Below are positions 1 to 9,100 of a stretch of DNA of 24,000 nucleotides, piece after piece. The stretch comes from Bacteroidia bacterium (GTDB lineage Bacteria; Bacteroidota; Bacteroidia; J057). The notes under the pieces are model-generated. The model was not told the origin of the DNA. It worked only from the letters and a program-made list of their open reading frames with translations, and did not search any database. Every line of letters begins with the position of its first letter. Within the stretch, counting starts at the first letter, position 1. Position numbers and translations under genes: made by a program. Location: NCBI GenBank assembly GCA_033765305.1, contig JANRID010000011.1:1-24000 (forward strand), written 5' to 3'.

Positions 1-162
1 AAGAAATTCAGCACCAAGCGCCTCAAGGGCCTTATCGCCGAAAACGCCAAAGAGGATATGAAGACCCAGCGCGCCCTCTTCAACCTGGTGTGGAAGGACT
101 GGAAGGCCGACGACGAGCAGCTGGACGACGTGACGCTGCTCGGTATTAAGTTTCACGATTAG
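1..162 (+). CDS. 3' end of a PP2C/SpoIIE-family protein phosphatase (partial, runs off left edge)
   Basis: Frame 1 is open from base 1 to TAG at 160-162. The translation ...KEDMKTQRALFNLVWKDWKADDEQLDDVTLLGIKFHD ends in the D-D-x-T-L-L-hydrophobic strand typical of the C-terminus of SpoIIE/PP2C phosphatases. Confidence 0.45.
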   Translation, partial: KKFSTKRLKGLIAENAKEDMKTQRALFNLVWKDWKADDEQLDDVTLLGIKFHD

Positions 163-220
163 GCCTTTTTAGGGTGGGTCTTCTGGGCCCCGGTTGCGGC
201 CTTGGGCCCATCTTAGGGCC

Positions 221-2203
221 ATGAAACCGATTTATTGGGCGTTTACGCTGGTTCTTTCTGGTGGCCTGGTACCCCTGGCGGCGCAGCAACTGCCCCCCAG
301 CGTGCGGGCCATCCACAGCAACCTGGGCGAAGACAGTGCGGGGGTATACGTGCTGACCCCGGCCGGGAACAAGGCCTACGAGGTGAACCCCCCGGCCTTC
401 CCGACCCTGAGCCAAATGATAGGCACCCGCACGGGCTACAAAGACGGCATTGCGCTCGACTTCCAAGCCCCCGACTTCAACGGCCTGGTGTACTACGGCT
501 TCTTGCCCTACGGCGACGGCACCTACATCTACCCCGTGTACGTGCGGCAGGCGCCCGAGGTCATTGGTGGCAAGGTGAAGCTGCCCATCCGCAACCTCAG
601 GGGCCGCTACGACATGATTGGCTGGGAAGCGAAGGGCTGGGGCTACCTGGGCTACCGTGTGGTGAGCAGCAAAGGCGCCATCCTCTACGACGGCAAAATT
701 GCCTTTGGCTACGACGCCAAGGCCGATTCGTTTACTGCCCTAACTACGGTTGTAGAGGGGCCAAAATCCATTTATTTTTCCTCAGAAGAACAGTACGTAT
801 CACTGGCGTTAAATGAAAAACCACATGGTATTGTGATTATTGATTTAATGCCAGGTAAAAAGGCGAGTGAGGGTGGTATATATGATTTAAATCCTACATC
901 AATTAAGTCTTTAACCCTAGTTAAAGATACGGCTACGCTCAACGCCCTTGGAAATTTCAAGGATGAGCTTATTCCGAGCCGGGTTAAAGACAATGAGTCG
1001 CTATATCTTTTTGATTCGCCTTCAATTTCGCGCCCCATTATAATTCCTAGTCGCAGTAGTAGCCCAACAGAGAAGGATCGGTTCACCTTCGCCTATTGCT
1101 CCGACAGCCGCGACAACCAGGGCGGGGGCGAGCGAAACGTGTTTGGCACCAATTTCTACATGGTAAAGCGCATTGGGGCGCTGGCCACCAGCCGTGGCGC
1201 GGCCTTCGTGCAGTTCACCGGCGACCTCATCGATGGCTACCTCACCAGCGCCGACCAGCAGCGGCTGCAGTACGCCAACTTCAAGCGCGCCCTAGAGCCC
1301 TACTGGGGCAGCATCCCCTTCATTTGCGCCCCGGGCAACCACGAGGCACACAGCCGTCTGTTCTACGACACCCAGGGCCAGACCTACTACTCCATAGACC
1401 GTTACCCCTACGCCGACAGTAGCGCCGAGGCCCTGTTTGCCAGCGAATTTGCCAACCCCATCAGCAGTCTTAGGAGCGAAGATGGCGCGGCGTACGACCC
1501 CGACCCCACCGTGCAGAACTTCCCCCCCTACGGCGAGACGGTCTTTACCTACAGCTACGGCAACACGGCCATGGTGGTGCTCAACAGCAACTACTGGTAC
1601 ACCGTGCAGCAGCGCCACGTGCCCCACGTAAGCGGCAACATCCACGCCTACATCATGGACAACCAGCTGGCCTGGCTGGCCCACCAGCTCGATAGCCTGG
1701 AGCGCGACCCGGCCATTGCCCACGTGTTCGTCACCTGCCACACGCCCATCTTCCCCAACGGCGGCCACGTGCAAGACGACATGTGGTACCGTGGCGACAA
1801 CCGCCCCCGGCCCTACGTGGCCGGTAAACCCGTGGCCAAGGGCATCCTCGAGCGCCGCGACGAGATTCTAGACCTGCTCGTCAACAAAAGCACCAAAGTG
1901 CGCGCCACCCTTACGGGCGATGAGCACAACTACTGCCGCACCCAGATCACCGAGGCCATGCCCCGCTACCCCGAGGGGTGGACCGGCCCCCGCCTAGCGC
2001 TCAAGCGCACCATCTGGCAGATCAACAACGGCAGCGCCGGCGCCCCCTACTACGCCCAGGAGCAAACGCCCTGGAGCGCCTTTACCCAGGCCTTCACCAC
2101 CCAGGTGGCCCTGGTCTTTGTGCACGTAAACGGCGACAAGCTCGAGGTAGAAGTACAAAACCCCGACACCCTGGAGGTGATCGATAGGTTTACGCTACGC
2201 TAG
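221..2203 (+). CDS. secreted calcineurin-like metallophosphoesterase with a large N-terminal non-catalytic region
   Basis: The ORF in the track is 194-2203 (TTG start). ATG at 221 is more likely because it gives MKPIYWAFTLVLSGGLVPLAAQQ, a signal peptide. Phosphoesterase motifs are present: CSDSRD, GDLIDGY (GDxxD), APGNHE, VTCHTP and TGDEHNY. Codons about 190-297 lie in the low-GC island (see findings). Confidence 0.8.
   Translation: MKPIYWAFTLVLSGGLVPLAAQQLPPSVRAIHSNLGEDSAGVYVLTPAGNKAYEVNPPAFPTLSQMIGTRTGYKDGIALDFQAPDFNGLVYYGFLPYGDGTYIYPVYVRQAPEVIGGKVKLPIRNLRGRYDMIGWEAKGWGYLGYRVVSSKGAILYDGKIAFGYDAKADSFTALTTVVEGPKSIYFSSEEQYVSLALNEKPHGIVIIDLMPGKKASEGGIYDLNPTSIKSLTLVKDTATLNALGNFKDELIPSRVKDNESLYLFDSPSISRPIIIPSRSSSPTEKDRFTFAYCSDSRDNQGGGERNVFGTNFYMVKRIGALATSRGAAFVQFTGDLIDGYLTSADQQRLQYANFKRALEPYWGSIPFICAPGNHEAHSRLFYDTQGQTYYSIDRYPYADSSAEALFASEFANPISSLRSEDGAAYDPDPTVQNFPPYGETVFTYSYGNTAMVVLNSNYWYTVQQRHVPHVSGNIHAYIMDNQLAWLAHQLDSLERDPAIAHVFVTCHTPIFPNGGHVQDDMWYRGDNRPRPYVAGKPVAKGILERRDEILDLLVNKSTKVRATLTGDEHNYCRTQITEAMPRYPEGWTGPRLALKRTIWQINNGSAGAPYYAQEQTPWSAFTQAFTTQVALVFVHVNGDKLEVEVQNPDTLEVIDRFTLR
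760..1085 (+). other. low-GC in-frame island inside the metallophosphoesterase CDS
   Basis: Hand count: 781-960 has 67/180 G+C (37%) and 961-1080 has 55/120 (46%). The flanks 601-660 and 1081-1140 each have 39/60 (65%). The reading frame is uninterrupted and codons switch to A/T-ending forms (tta, aaa, gat, att, aat). Confidence 0.9.
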
Positions 2204-3087
2204 TCGGGCTTTGGGCCCAACCGGCGGCGCATGTAGCCGTCTACGGTCGTCCAGCGCATGTGGGGGTACTCGCGCTGGAACTTGAGGTTCAGCAGCCCGC
2301 CGCGCAGGGGCCGGGGGGCCACCTGGCTCAGGGCACTGGTGGGTATGCCCTCTAGCCACACTTTCTTCTCGGGGTAGAAGGCGGCCACTTTTTGGGCCAG
2401 GTGCACGCGGCTCACGTAGTCGGTGCTAGCCAGGTGCCACACGCCCTTTTGCTCGTCGTGCATGAGCCACTGCAGGCCGGTGGCTACGTCGGTGGCGTAC
2501 ACGGGCGTAGCGTACTGGTCGATGGGCAGGCGCAGTTGCACCAGCTGCTCGGTGGCAAACTGCTGGATGAGCCGCTCGATGAAGTTTTTGCCGCGGGTTT
2601 CTTCGCCGTACACGTTGGTAATGCGCACCACCAGGCTGTGGGGCACCTGGTCGAGCACCAGGCGCTCGGCGGCCAGTTTGTGGCGGCCGTACACCGAGAG
2701 GGGGTAGGAGAGGTCGTTTTCCTCGTAGGGGCCCATCTCGCCATTAAAGACGTAGTCTGAGCTGATGTAGGCGATCCGGGCATCGCAGGCTTTGGCCAAC
2801 TCGACGAGCTGCTGGGTGCTACCTACGGTCTGGCGGTACGATTCTTCGGGGTCTTTCTCGCACTGGTCTACGTGAGTCAGGGCCCCGCAGTGCACAATCC
2901 ACTCGGGGTCAAAGGCCCGCAGGTCATAGTTGTCGGGGTGGTCTGGCGTGAGGGGGTCGTAGTAGTACGTGCCATCCACCGGGTAGCTGCGGAAGGTGCC
3001 GACCACCACCCAGTCGGGTAGCTGGCGCCACTGGTGCAGGCAGTGGCTGCCCACCAGCCCCGAAGCCCCCACAATTGCCACACGCAT
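2200..3087 (-). CDS. RmlD-like NAD(P)-dependent sugar-nucleotide reductase (dTDP-4-dehydrorhamnose reductase family, SDR fold)
   Basis: 295-aa ORF. It has an N-terminal Rossmann motif (VAIVGASGLVGS), the SDR catalytic YGRHK (YxxxK) and overall RmlD substrate-binding-domain length and layout. Its stop shares the tetranucleotide CTAG with the convergent upstream gene. Confidence 0.7.
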   Translation of the reverse strand: MRVAIVGASGLVGSHCLHQWRQLPDWVVVGTFRSYPVDGTYYYDPLTPDHPDNYDLRAFDPEWIVHCGALTHVDQCEKDPEESYRQTVGSTQQLVELAKACDARIAYISSDYVFNGEMGPYEENDLSYPLSVYGRHKLAAERLVLDQVPHSLVVRITNVYGEETRGKNFIERLIQQFATEQLVQLRLPIDQYATPVYATDVATGLQWLMHDEQKGVWHLASTDYVSRVHLAQKVAAFYPEKKVWLEGIPTSALSQVAPRPLRGGLLNLKFQREYPHMRWTTVDGYMRRRLGPKPD

Positions 3088-3176
3088 TGCGCAAAACTAC
3101 GCCGCATTTACCAGTGTGTTAAACCTGTGGTCTAGGGAATTCTACGGGCCCAGTTGTAGTTATTCGTTTACTCAAC

Positions 3177-3184
3177 TAATTTTG
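3177..3184 (+). promoter_or_regulatory. candidate Bacteroidota -7 promoter box (TAATTTTG = TAnnTTTG) for the yceI-like gene
   Basis: Exact match to the TAnnTTTG consensus, 26 nt upstream of ATG 3210, in a 122-bp AT-richer spacer. A TTG at 3154-3156 sits about 20 nt upstream as a possible -33 element. Confidence 0.35.
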
Positions 3185-3209
3185 AACCAACCTAATCCAA
3201 CCCAAACCT

Positions 3210-3755
3210 ATGAGTACTGCCACGACCACCCTGTGGGCCATCGACCCCACCCACAGCAGCATCCAGTTTAAGGTTAAGCACCTGGTTATCAGCACCGTAA
3301 CGGGCGAGTTTACCGACTACAGCGCCACCGTACAGGCGCCGGCCGAGGGCTTCGAGGGGGCCAAGGTGAGTTTCGAGGCCCAGGTGGCCTCCATTTCTAC
3401 CGGTGTCGGCCAGCGCGACGACCACCTGCGTAGCGCCGACTTTTTCGACGCCCAGACCTACCCCACCCTGCGCTTCGAAAGCACCCGGTTTGCCGCCAAA
3501 GGCGCCGATGCTTTTGAGCTCGAAGGCCACCTCACCATCCGCGACACCACCCTGCCCGTGGTGCTGGCCGTAGAGTTTGGCGGCGTGGTGGTAGACCCCT
3601 ACGGCCAAACCAAAGCCGGCTTCGAGCTCACGGGCAAGATCAGCCGCAAGGCCTTTGGCCTGACCTGGAACGCCACCACCGAAGCCGGGGGTGTGGTCGT
3701 GGGCGACGAAATCAAGCTCGTGGCCAGCGTCCAGCTCGTCAAGCAAGCCGCCTAA
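3210..3755 (+). CDS. YceI-like polyisoprenoid-binding protein (no signal peptide)
   Basis: 181-aa ORF with the family signature: WAIDPTHSSIQFKVKHLVISTVTGEF, ISTGVGQRDDHLRSADFFDAQTYPTLRFES, LEGHLTIRDTT and KISRKAFGLTWN. Confidence 0.9.
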   Translation: MSTATTTLWAIDPTHSSIQFKVKHLVISTVTGEFTDYSATVQAPAEGFEGAKVSFEAQVASISTGVGQRDDHLRSADFFDAQTYPTLRFESTRFAAKGADAFELEGHLTIRDTTLPVVLAVEFGGVVVDPYGQTKAGFELTGKISRKAFGLTWNATTEAGGVVVGDEIKLVASVQLVKQAA

Positions 3756-3777
3756 CCCTAGCGGCCCTACCTACAGC

Positions 3778-3805
3778 ACACGCCCGGCGAACTCGTCGGG
3801 CGTGT
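3778..3805. terminator. stem-loop between convergent yceI-like and rmlC genes (possible bidirectional terminator)
   Basis: ACACGCCCG (3778-3786) pairs perfectly with CGGGCGTGT (3797-3805) around a 10-nt loop. It lies in the 54-bp gap between the two stop codons. There is no strong U-tract. Confidence 0.4.
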
Positions 3806-3809
3806 TGGC

Positions 3810-4343
3810 TTACCGGGGCTTTGCAAACGCCTCTAGCCCCGGCAGGGCCCGGTCGCGGTCGCTGACGGTGGGGTTGGGCAGGGGCCAGGCAAAGCCGAAG
3901 CTGTCGTAGCGGATGCCGCCGTCGTGGCTGGGGGCGTATTCCAGGGTCGTGTGGTAGACCAGCGTGCTGGGCTCGAAGGCCAAAAAGCCGTGGGCGCACC
4001 CGTGGGCGATGTACAGCCCCTGCGGCGTGGCGGGGCTCAGCTCCAGGCTGTAGTACTGCCCGAAGGTGGGCCCATGCCGGAGGTCGACCACCACGTCGAG
4101 CACCCGGCCGGCGGTGCAGTACACCAGCTTGCCGTGGTCGTAGGGCGGCAGTTGCAGGTGCATGCCGCGCAGCACCCCGGCGGCCGAGGTCGAGAAGTAG
4201 CTCTCGCGAAAGGACCAACTGAGGCCCGGCTGAGTGGCGAAGGTGGGCGCGTGTACCGTTTTTACAAAGGTGCCGCGGGCGTCGGCCTGGGGGGCGAAGT
4301 CGAGGCGGTAGCAGCCGGGTAGGGGCAGTGGGGTCAGTTCCAC
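3810..4343 (-). CDS. rmlC: dTDP-4-dehydrorhamnose 3,5-epimerase (cupin fold)
   Basis: 177-aa ORF with a GTG start. It carries the RmlC core motifs DARGTF, LRGMHLQ, HGKLVYCTAGRVLDVVVDLR, GCAHGF and the YHTT...Y..S.D region. Confidence 0.8.
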   Translation of the reverse strand: MELTPLPLPGCYRLDFAPQADARGTFVKTVHAPTFATQPGLSWSFRESYFSTSAAGVLRGMHLQLPPYDHGKLVYCTAGRVLDVVVDLRHGPTFGQYYSLELSPATPQGLYIAHGCAHGFLAFEPSTLVYHTTLEYAPSHDGGIRYDSFGFAWPLPNPTVSDRDRALPGLEAFAKPR

Positions 4344-4346
4344 AGA

Positions 4347-4703
4347 TCAGCAGTCGGCGGTAGCGTGGCGGGTTTCGATGAGCACCTGACGGAATACCTC
4401 CAGCCGGGCGTCGTCCAGTCGGGTAAACCGTATGCAGCCTTTGCCCAGGTTGCAGCCAACCAAAGACGGTTTCAAGCCCTCGGGGATGTGCCGTAAGTAG
4501 AGCGCCAGGTAGTGCTTCTGGGCATTGAATGCATAGACGTAATCGCCCGTTTCGTCGCTGTAGGTGGGCATTTTGTACTGCATACTTTCGCGCAGTTCGG
4601 GTGCCACGTCTTTAAGCAAAGCCCGCAGGCGCTGTAGGTCGTTTTTGCGCGCCGGTGGCAGGCTTTCCAGAAAGGCCTCAACGGTGGGTTCGGTGCTCTG
4701 CAT
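4347..4703 (-). CDS. DUF1801 (YdhG-like) domain protein
   Basis: 118-aa ORF. VEAFLESLPP...LQRLRALLKDVAPELRESMQYKMPTY...HYLALY...KGCIRF is the usual DUF1801 pattern. It sits 3 nt upstream of rmlC on the same strand. Confidence 0.65.
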   Translation of the reverse strand: MQSTEPTVEAFLESLPPARKNDLQRLRALLKDVAPELRESMQYKMPTYSDETGDYVYAFNAQKHYLALYLRHIPEGLKPSLVGCNLGKGCIRFTRLDDARLEVFRQVLIETRHATADC

Positions 4704-4885
4704 ACCACGAAACTAATACCCTGCGCAAGTTTTGAGCTAGACAGATTCTAAGTAGAAAGCGCCTGTCGGAAAGCCGTTTGCATTGCGTTTGGAGAACAAA
4801 GGTCGCACACTAACTTCGCCCCATTCCGGTGAAAAGCACCCCATTCACACCTACCTCCACGACCTCTGTTCTCCCGGCCGCTGCT

Positions 4886-6076
4886 ATGAACCGAACGTTT
4901 ACCCGCGGGGTACTGCTCAGCTTCCTGCTTCTCGGTACGCTACTGGCGCAGGGCCAGGACGTAGCCGCTGGTGAGAAACTCTTTAACGCCAACTGCAAAA
5001 GCTGCCACGCAGTAGATAAGAAGGTCATTGGCCCGGCCCTACAGGGCTGGAAAGACCGCGTGCCCGGCGACGGCTGGATCTACAAATGGGTGCGCAACTC
5101 GACCGAAGTCATCAAATCGGGCGACGCTTACGCCAACCAGATTTACAAAGAGTACAACGGGACGCTCATGACGGCCTTCCCGCAACTCTCTGATGGCGAC
5201 ATCGACAACATCATGGCGTGGGTAGATAACTACACGCCACCTACCCCCCCGCCAGGCCCAGCAACTGCTGCAACTCAACCGCAAGGCAGCATACCTACGG
5301 GCCCGCTCTACACGGGTCTGGTGGTGCTCATCGGGGTACTGGCGCTCATGTCATTTGCGCTCATCTTCCTCATCGTGGTAGTCATTCACGCCGTACGGGC
5401 CAAAGAGAGCGGCACCTCGTTCTCAATGCCCCAGGTGGCGGGCAGCTTCCGCAAGGCGGCCACGAGCAAGTTTACCCTCACGACCGTAACCCTGCTGTTG
5501 GTGGCCGGGGGCCTGAACTACACGGTTAAGACCGCCCGCGGGGTTGGTCTGCACCAAGGCTATACACCTGCTCAGCCAGTAGCCTTCAGCCACAAAATCC
5601 ACGCAGGCCAATACGGTATTAGTTGCAACTACTGCCACACAGGCGTAGAGAAAAGCAAAAGCGCCACCATCCCCGGGGCGAACATTTGCATGAACTGCCA
5701 CAACTACATTGAAGAAGGCCCCAACTACGGTAAGGTCGAAATCGGCAAAGTGCGTGCGGCCTATGAGGCAAATCGGCGCATTGAGTGGGTACGCATCCAC
5801 AACCTGCCCGACCTGGTGTACTTCAACCACGCCCAGCACGTAAAAGTGGGCGGCGTTGAGTGCCAGGAGTGCCACGGCCCGGTCGAGACCATGGAAGTCG
5901 TGTACCAGTTCTCTGACCTGAGCATGGGCTGGTGCATCACCTGCCACCGCGAGAAGCAGGTGGATGTGACCAAGAACGACTACTACCTCAAGGTGCACAA
6001 CGAGTACGTGGGCAAGGAAACAGCCGTCACGGTATCTGACCTCGGTGGCCTGGAATGCGCCAAGTGCCATTACTAA
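4886..6076 (+). CDS. actA: alternative complex III subunit ActA, multiheme cytochrome c with an extra N-terminal monoheme domain
   Basis: The ORF in the track starts at GTG 4829. ATG 4886 gives the signal peptide MNRTFTRGVLLSFLLLGTLLAQG. There are six CxxCH motifs: CKSCH (TGC at 4994), CNYCH, CMNCH, CQECH, CITCH and CAKCH. The gene precedes actB. Confidence 0.85.
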   Translation: MNRTFTRGVLLSFLLLGTLLAQGQDVAAGEKLFNANCKSCHAVDKKVIGPALQGWKDRVPGDGWIYKWVRNSTEVIKSGDAYANQIYKEYNGTLMTAFPQLSDGDIDNIMAWVDNYTPPTPPPGPATAATQPQGSIPTGPLYTGLVVLIGVLALMSFALIFLIVVVIHAVRAKESGTSFSMPQVAGSFRKAATSKFTLTTVTLLLVAGGLNYTVKTARGVGLHQGYTPAQPVAFSHKIHAGQYGISCNYCHTGVEKSKSATIPGANICMNCHNYIEEGPNYGKVEIGKVRAAYEANRRIEWVRIHNLPDLVYFNHAQHVKVGGVECQECHGPVETMEVVYQFSDLSMGWCITCHREKQVDVTKNDYYLKVHNEYVGKETAVTVSDLGGLECAKCHY

Positions 6077-6131
6077 TCTTCTAACGCAGACTTCACCCCT
6101 CCTCCCTCCCTGTCCGCCCGTCATTAAGGCT

Positions 6132-9100
6132 ATGCGCGAGAACCGATACTGGCAGACCCCCGAGCAGTTGCACGCTGCCCCCGCGGGCACCGACCCCAAG
6201 CAGGAGCGCGACATCCCGGTGGATGAACTCCTCGAAAACGCGCTGCCCTCGGGCCGCCGCGATTTCTTGAAGATGATGGGCTTTGGCCTCTCGGCTGCGG
6301 TACTGGCCGCCTGCCAGAAAGCCCCGGTGAAGTATGCGCTGCCGTACGTAAAGAACCCCACCGACCTGGTTCCGGGCATCCCCAACTTCTACGCGACCGG
6401 GTTTTACGATGGCCAGGAGTTTAGCTCCATCCTGGTTAAAACCCGCGAAGGGCGCCCCATTAAGGTTGAAGGCAACAAACTAAGCCCCCTGCACAAGGGT
6501 GGGGTAGGGGCCCGTGCCCACGCCTCGATCCTCTCGCTCTACGACAACTCCGATGCTCGGCTGCGCCAACCGGCCGAAGCCAACGGCGACCAGTTCGTGC
6601 CCGTTGCGTGGGACAAGCTGGACGGTACCGTGCCCGGCAAACTCGCCGAAGCCGCCAATGCGGGTAAGCCCATCTACCTGATTACCGGCTCGGTCATCAG
6701 CCCCATGCGTATGGCCGCCATTGCGGCCTTCAAGGCCAAGTACCCCACCGCGCAGCACGTGGTGTACGATGCCATCAACTACGATGCCATTGCACAGGCC
6801 CACGAGACCCTGCTGGGCAAACGTGCCATGCCAGCCTACCGCTTCGACAAAGCGCAGGTTGTGGCCAGCTTCAACTGCGACTTCCTGGGTACCTGGCTCT
6901 CGCCCACCGAGTTTACCCGGCAATGGACGAGCACCCGCAAGGTGACAGACACCAACCCCACCGTGAGCCGCCTGTACCAGTTTGAGGCCCAAATGAGCCT
7001 CACGGGTGCGAACGCCGACCACCGCATCCCCATGAAGCCCAGCCAGGAAGCGGCTGCACTGGTGGCGCTCTACAATAGTATTGCCGCTCGGGCGCGCCAA
7101 GACATCTACAACGCCCCTAAGGTCGAGCTGGCCGGTAACTTCATTGAGAAGGCCTCGCTCGACCTGTGGGAAGCACGTGGCAAAGCCCTGGTGGTTTCGG
7201 GCACCAACGATGCCAACATCCAGCAAATCGTAGTGGCCATCAACTGGATGCTTGAGGCCTACGGTGCAACGCTGGACCTCGAGCGGCCCTGCCTGCTCCG
7301 CTCGCGCGGCGATAGCACGCTGGAAGCTGCACTGGCCGGTTTTGCCGGTGCCGGTGCGGTGCTCATTCATGGCGGTACCAACCCAGCCTACAGCCACCCC
7401 ACCGCCGAAGCCTTTACCAGCGCACTGGCCAAGGTGCCCTTGCGTATCAGCTTCAGCAGCTACCTCGACGATACGGCCGCACTCTGCACCCACGTAGCGC
7501 CCGACCACCATTACCTTGAAAGTTGGGGTGATGCCCAGCCCTACGCCGGGCAGTACTTCCTGCAGCAGCCGACCATCCAGCCGCTGTTCAAGACCCGGCA
7601 GTTTGAAGAAACGCTCCTGCTCTGGGCCGGGGTCAAGACGACAGCGTTCGATTTCCTGCGTGCGCAGTTTGCGCAAGCCCACAAGGCGTTGGCGGACAAA
7701 AAAGACGCTCCTTCGGTCGACCAGCTCTGGATGCAGAGCCTACACGACGGCTTCTACGTGCACCCCAGCGATGGCAAATCGGCCGATGCGCCCAAGCTGG
7801 CGGCTTCGGTTGCGCCTGCCGTTGCGGCGGCTACCCAGGCCATCAAACCAGCTGAACTTGAGGTTGTGCTCTACCAGAAAGTTGCCATCGGCGACGGTAC
7901 CCTGACCAACAACCCCTGGCTGCACGAACTGCCCGACCCCATCAGTAAAGCGGTGTGGGACAACTACGTGGCCGTAAACCCCGTCGATGCCCAAGCCAAA
8001 GGCATCAAAACCGGCACCCACGTCAAGGTTACGCTGGGCAGTTACAGCGTTGAGCTACCCGCCTACGTGCAGCCCGGCCAAGCCCGCGGCACCGTTGCCA
8101 TCGCCCTCGGCTATGGCCGGACCAAAGGCGGCAAAGTCGTCGAGTACAGCGGCAAAGGCCTGGGCAAGAACGCCTACCCGTTTGTCACCTTCGCCGGGGG
8201 GCTGCCACGGTACAGCGCCACGGGCGCTACCCTGGAGCTCACCGGTGGTTTTACCGAGTTGGCCCTGAGCCAGCGGCACCCCACCTCAATGGGCCGCGAC
8301 ATCATCCGCGAGACCACCTTGTCGGAGTACCGCAAGAACCCCAAGGCCGCCAATGAGCACCAGGTACACATCGTGCAGGTCTTCCCCCAGCACCCCAAAA
8401 ACGGGCACTGGTGGGCGATGGCCATCGATCTGAACGCGTGCACGGGTTGCGGCGCGTGTGTGGTGAGCTGTGTGGCCGAAAACAACATCGCCGTTGTGGG
8501 CCGCAACGAAGTGAAACGCAGCCGCGAGATGCACTGGCTGCGCATTGACCGCTACTACAGCACAAACCCCGAAGCGCTGGAGAAGCAGGACCTTAAGGCC
8601 ATGGAACTGCCCGAGGAGTACCCTCAGGTCATCTTCCAGCCCATGCTCTGCCAGCAGTGCGACAATGCCCCTTGCGAAACTGTGTGCCCTGTGTTGGCCA
8701 CCACCCACAGCAGCGAAGGCTTGAACCAAATGACGTACAACCGGTGCATCGGCACCCGGTACTGCGCCAACAACTGCCCCTACAAGGTGCGCCGCTTCAA
8801 CTGGTTCAACTACTGGAACGACAAGACGCTCTACGGCGATCTGTACTCGCACAGCGAAATGGGCCGCCTGGTGCTGAATCCGGATGTGACGGTGCGTTTC
8901 CGCGGGGTGATGGAAAAATGCTCCTTCTGCGTGCAGCGCCTCCAGGATGCCAAGCTGCGGGCCAAGGTGAATGCCAACAGCACCTTCGCCAAGCCCGAAG
9001 ACGGCGAAGTGAAGACCGCCTGCCAGCAGTCCTGCCCCACAGGCGCGATCGTATTCGGCGACTTCAACGATCCGGAGAGCGAAGTTTCCAAGCTCATCCG

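Noticed and set aside
760-1085. Low-GC island as an intein, IS element or MITE
   Set aside because: There is no Cys/Ser...His-Asn-Cys/Ser/Thr splice-junction pattern. I could see no terminal inverted repeats or flanking direct repeats. There is no transposase, and the host frame is preserved.
772-1086. 104-aa antisense ORF co-extensive with the low-GC island
   Set aside because: Not called as a gene. The sense frame is continuous with a recognisable metallophosphoesterase on both sides. The antisense ORF has a GTG start and no recognisable motifs. Its openness is noted as an oddity under the island finding rather than as a CDS.
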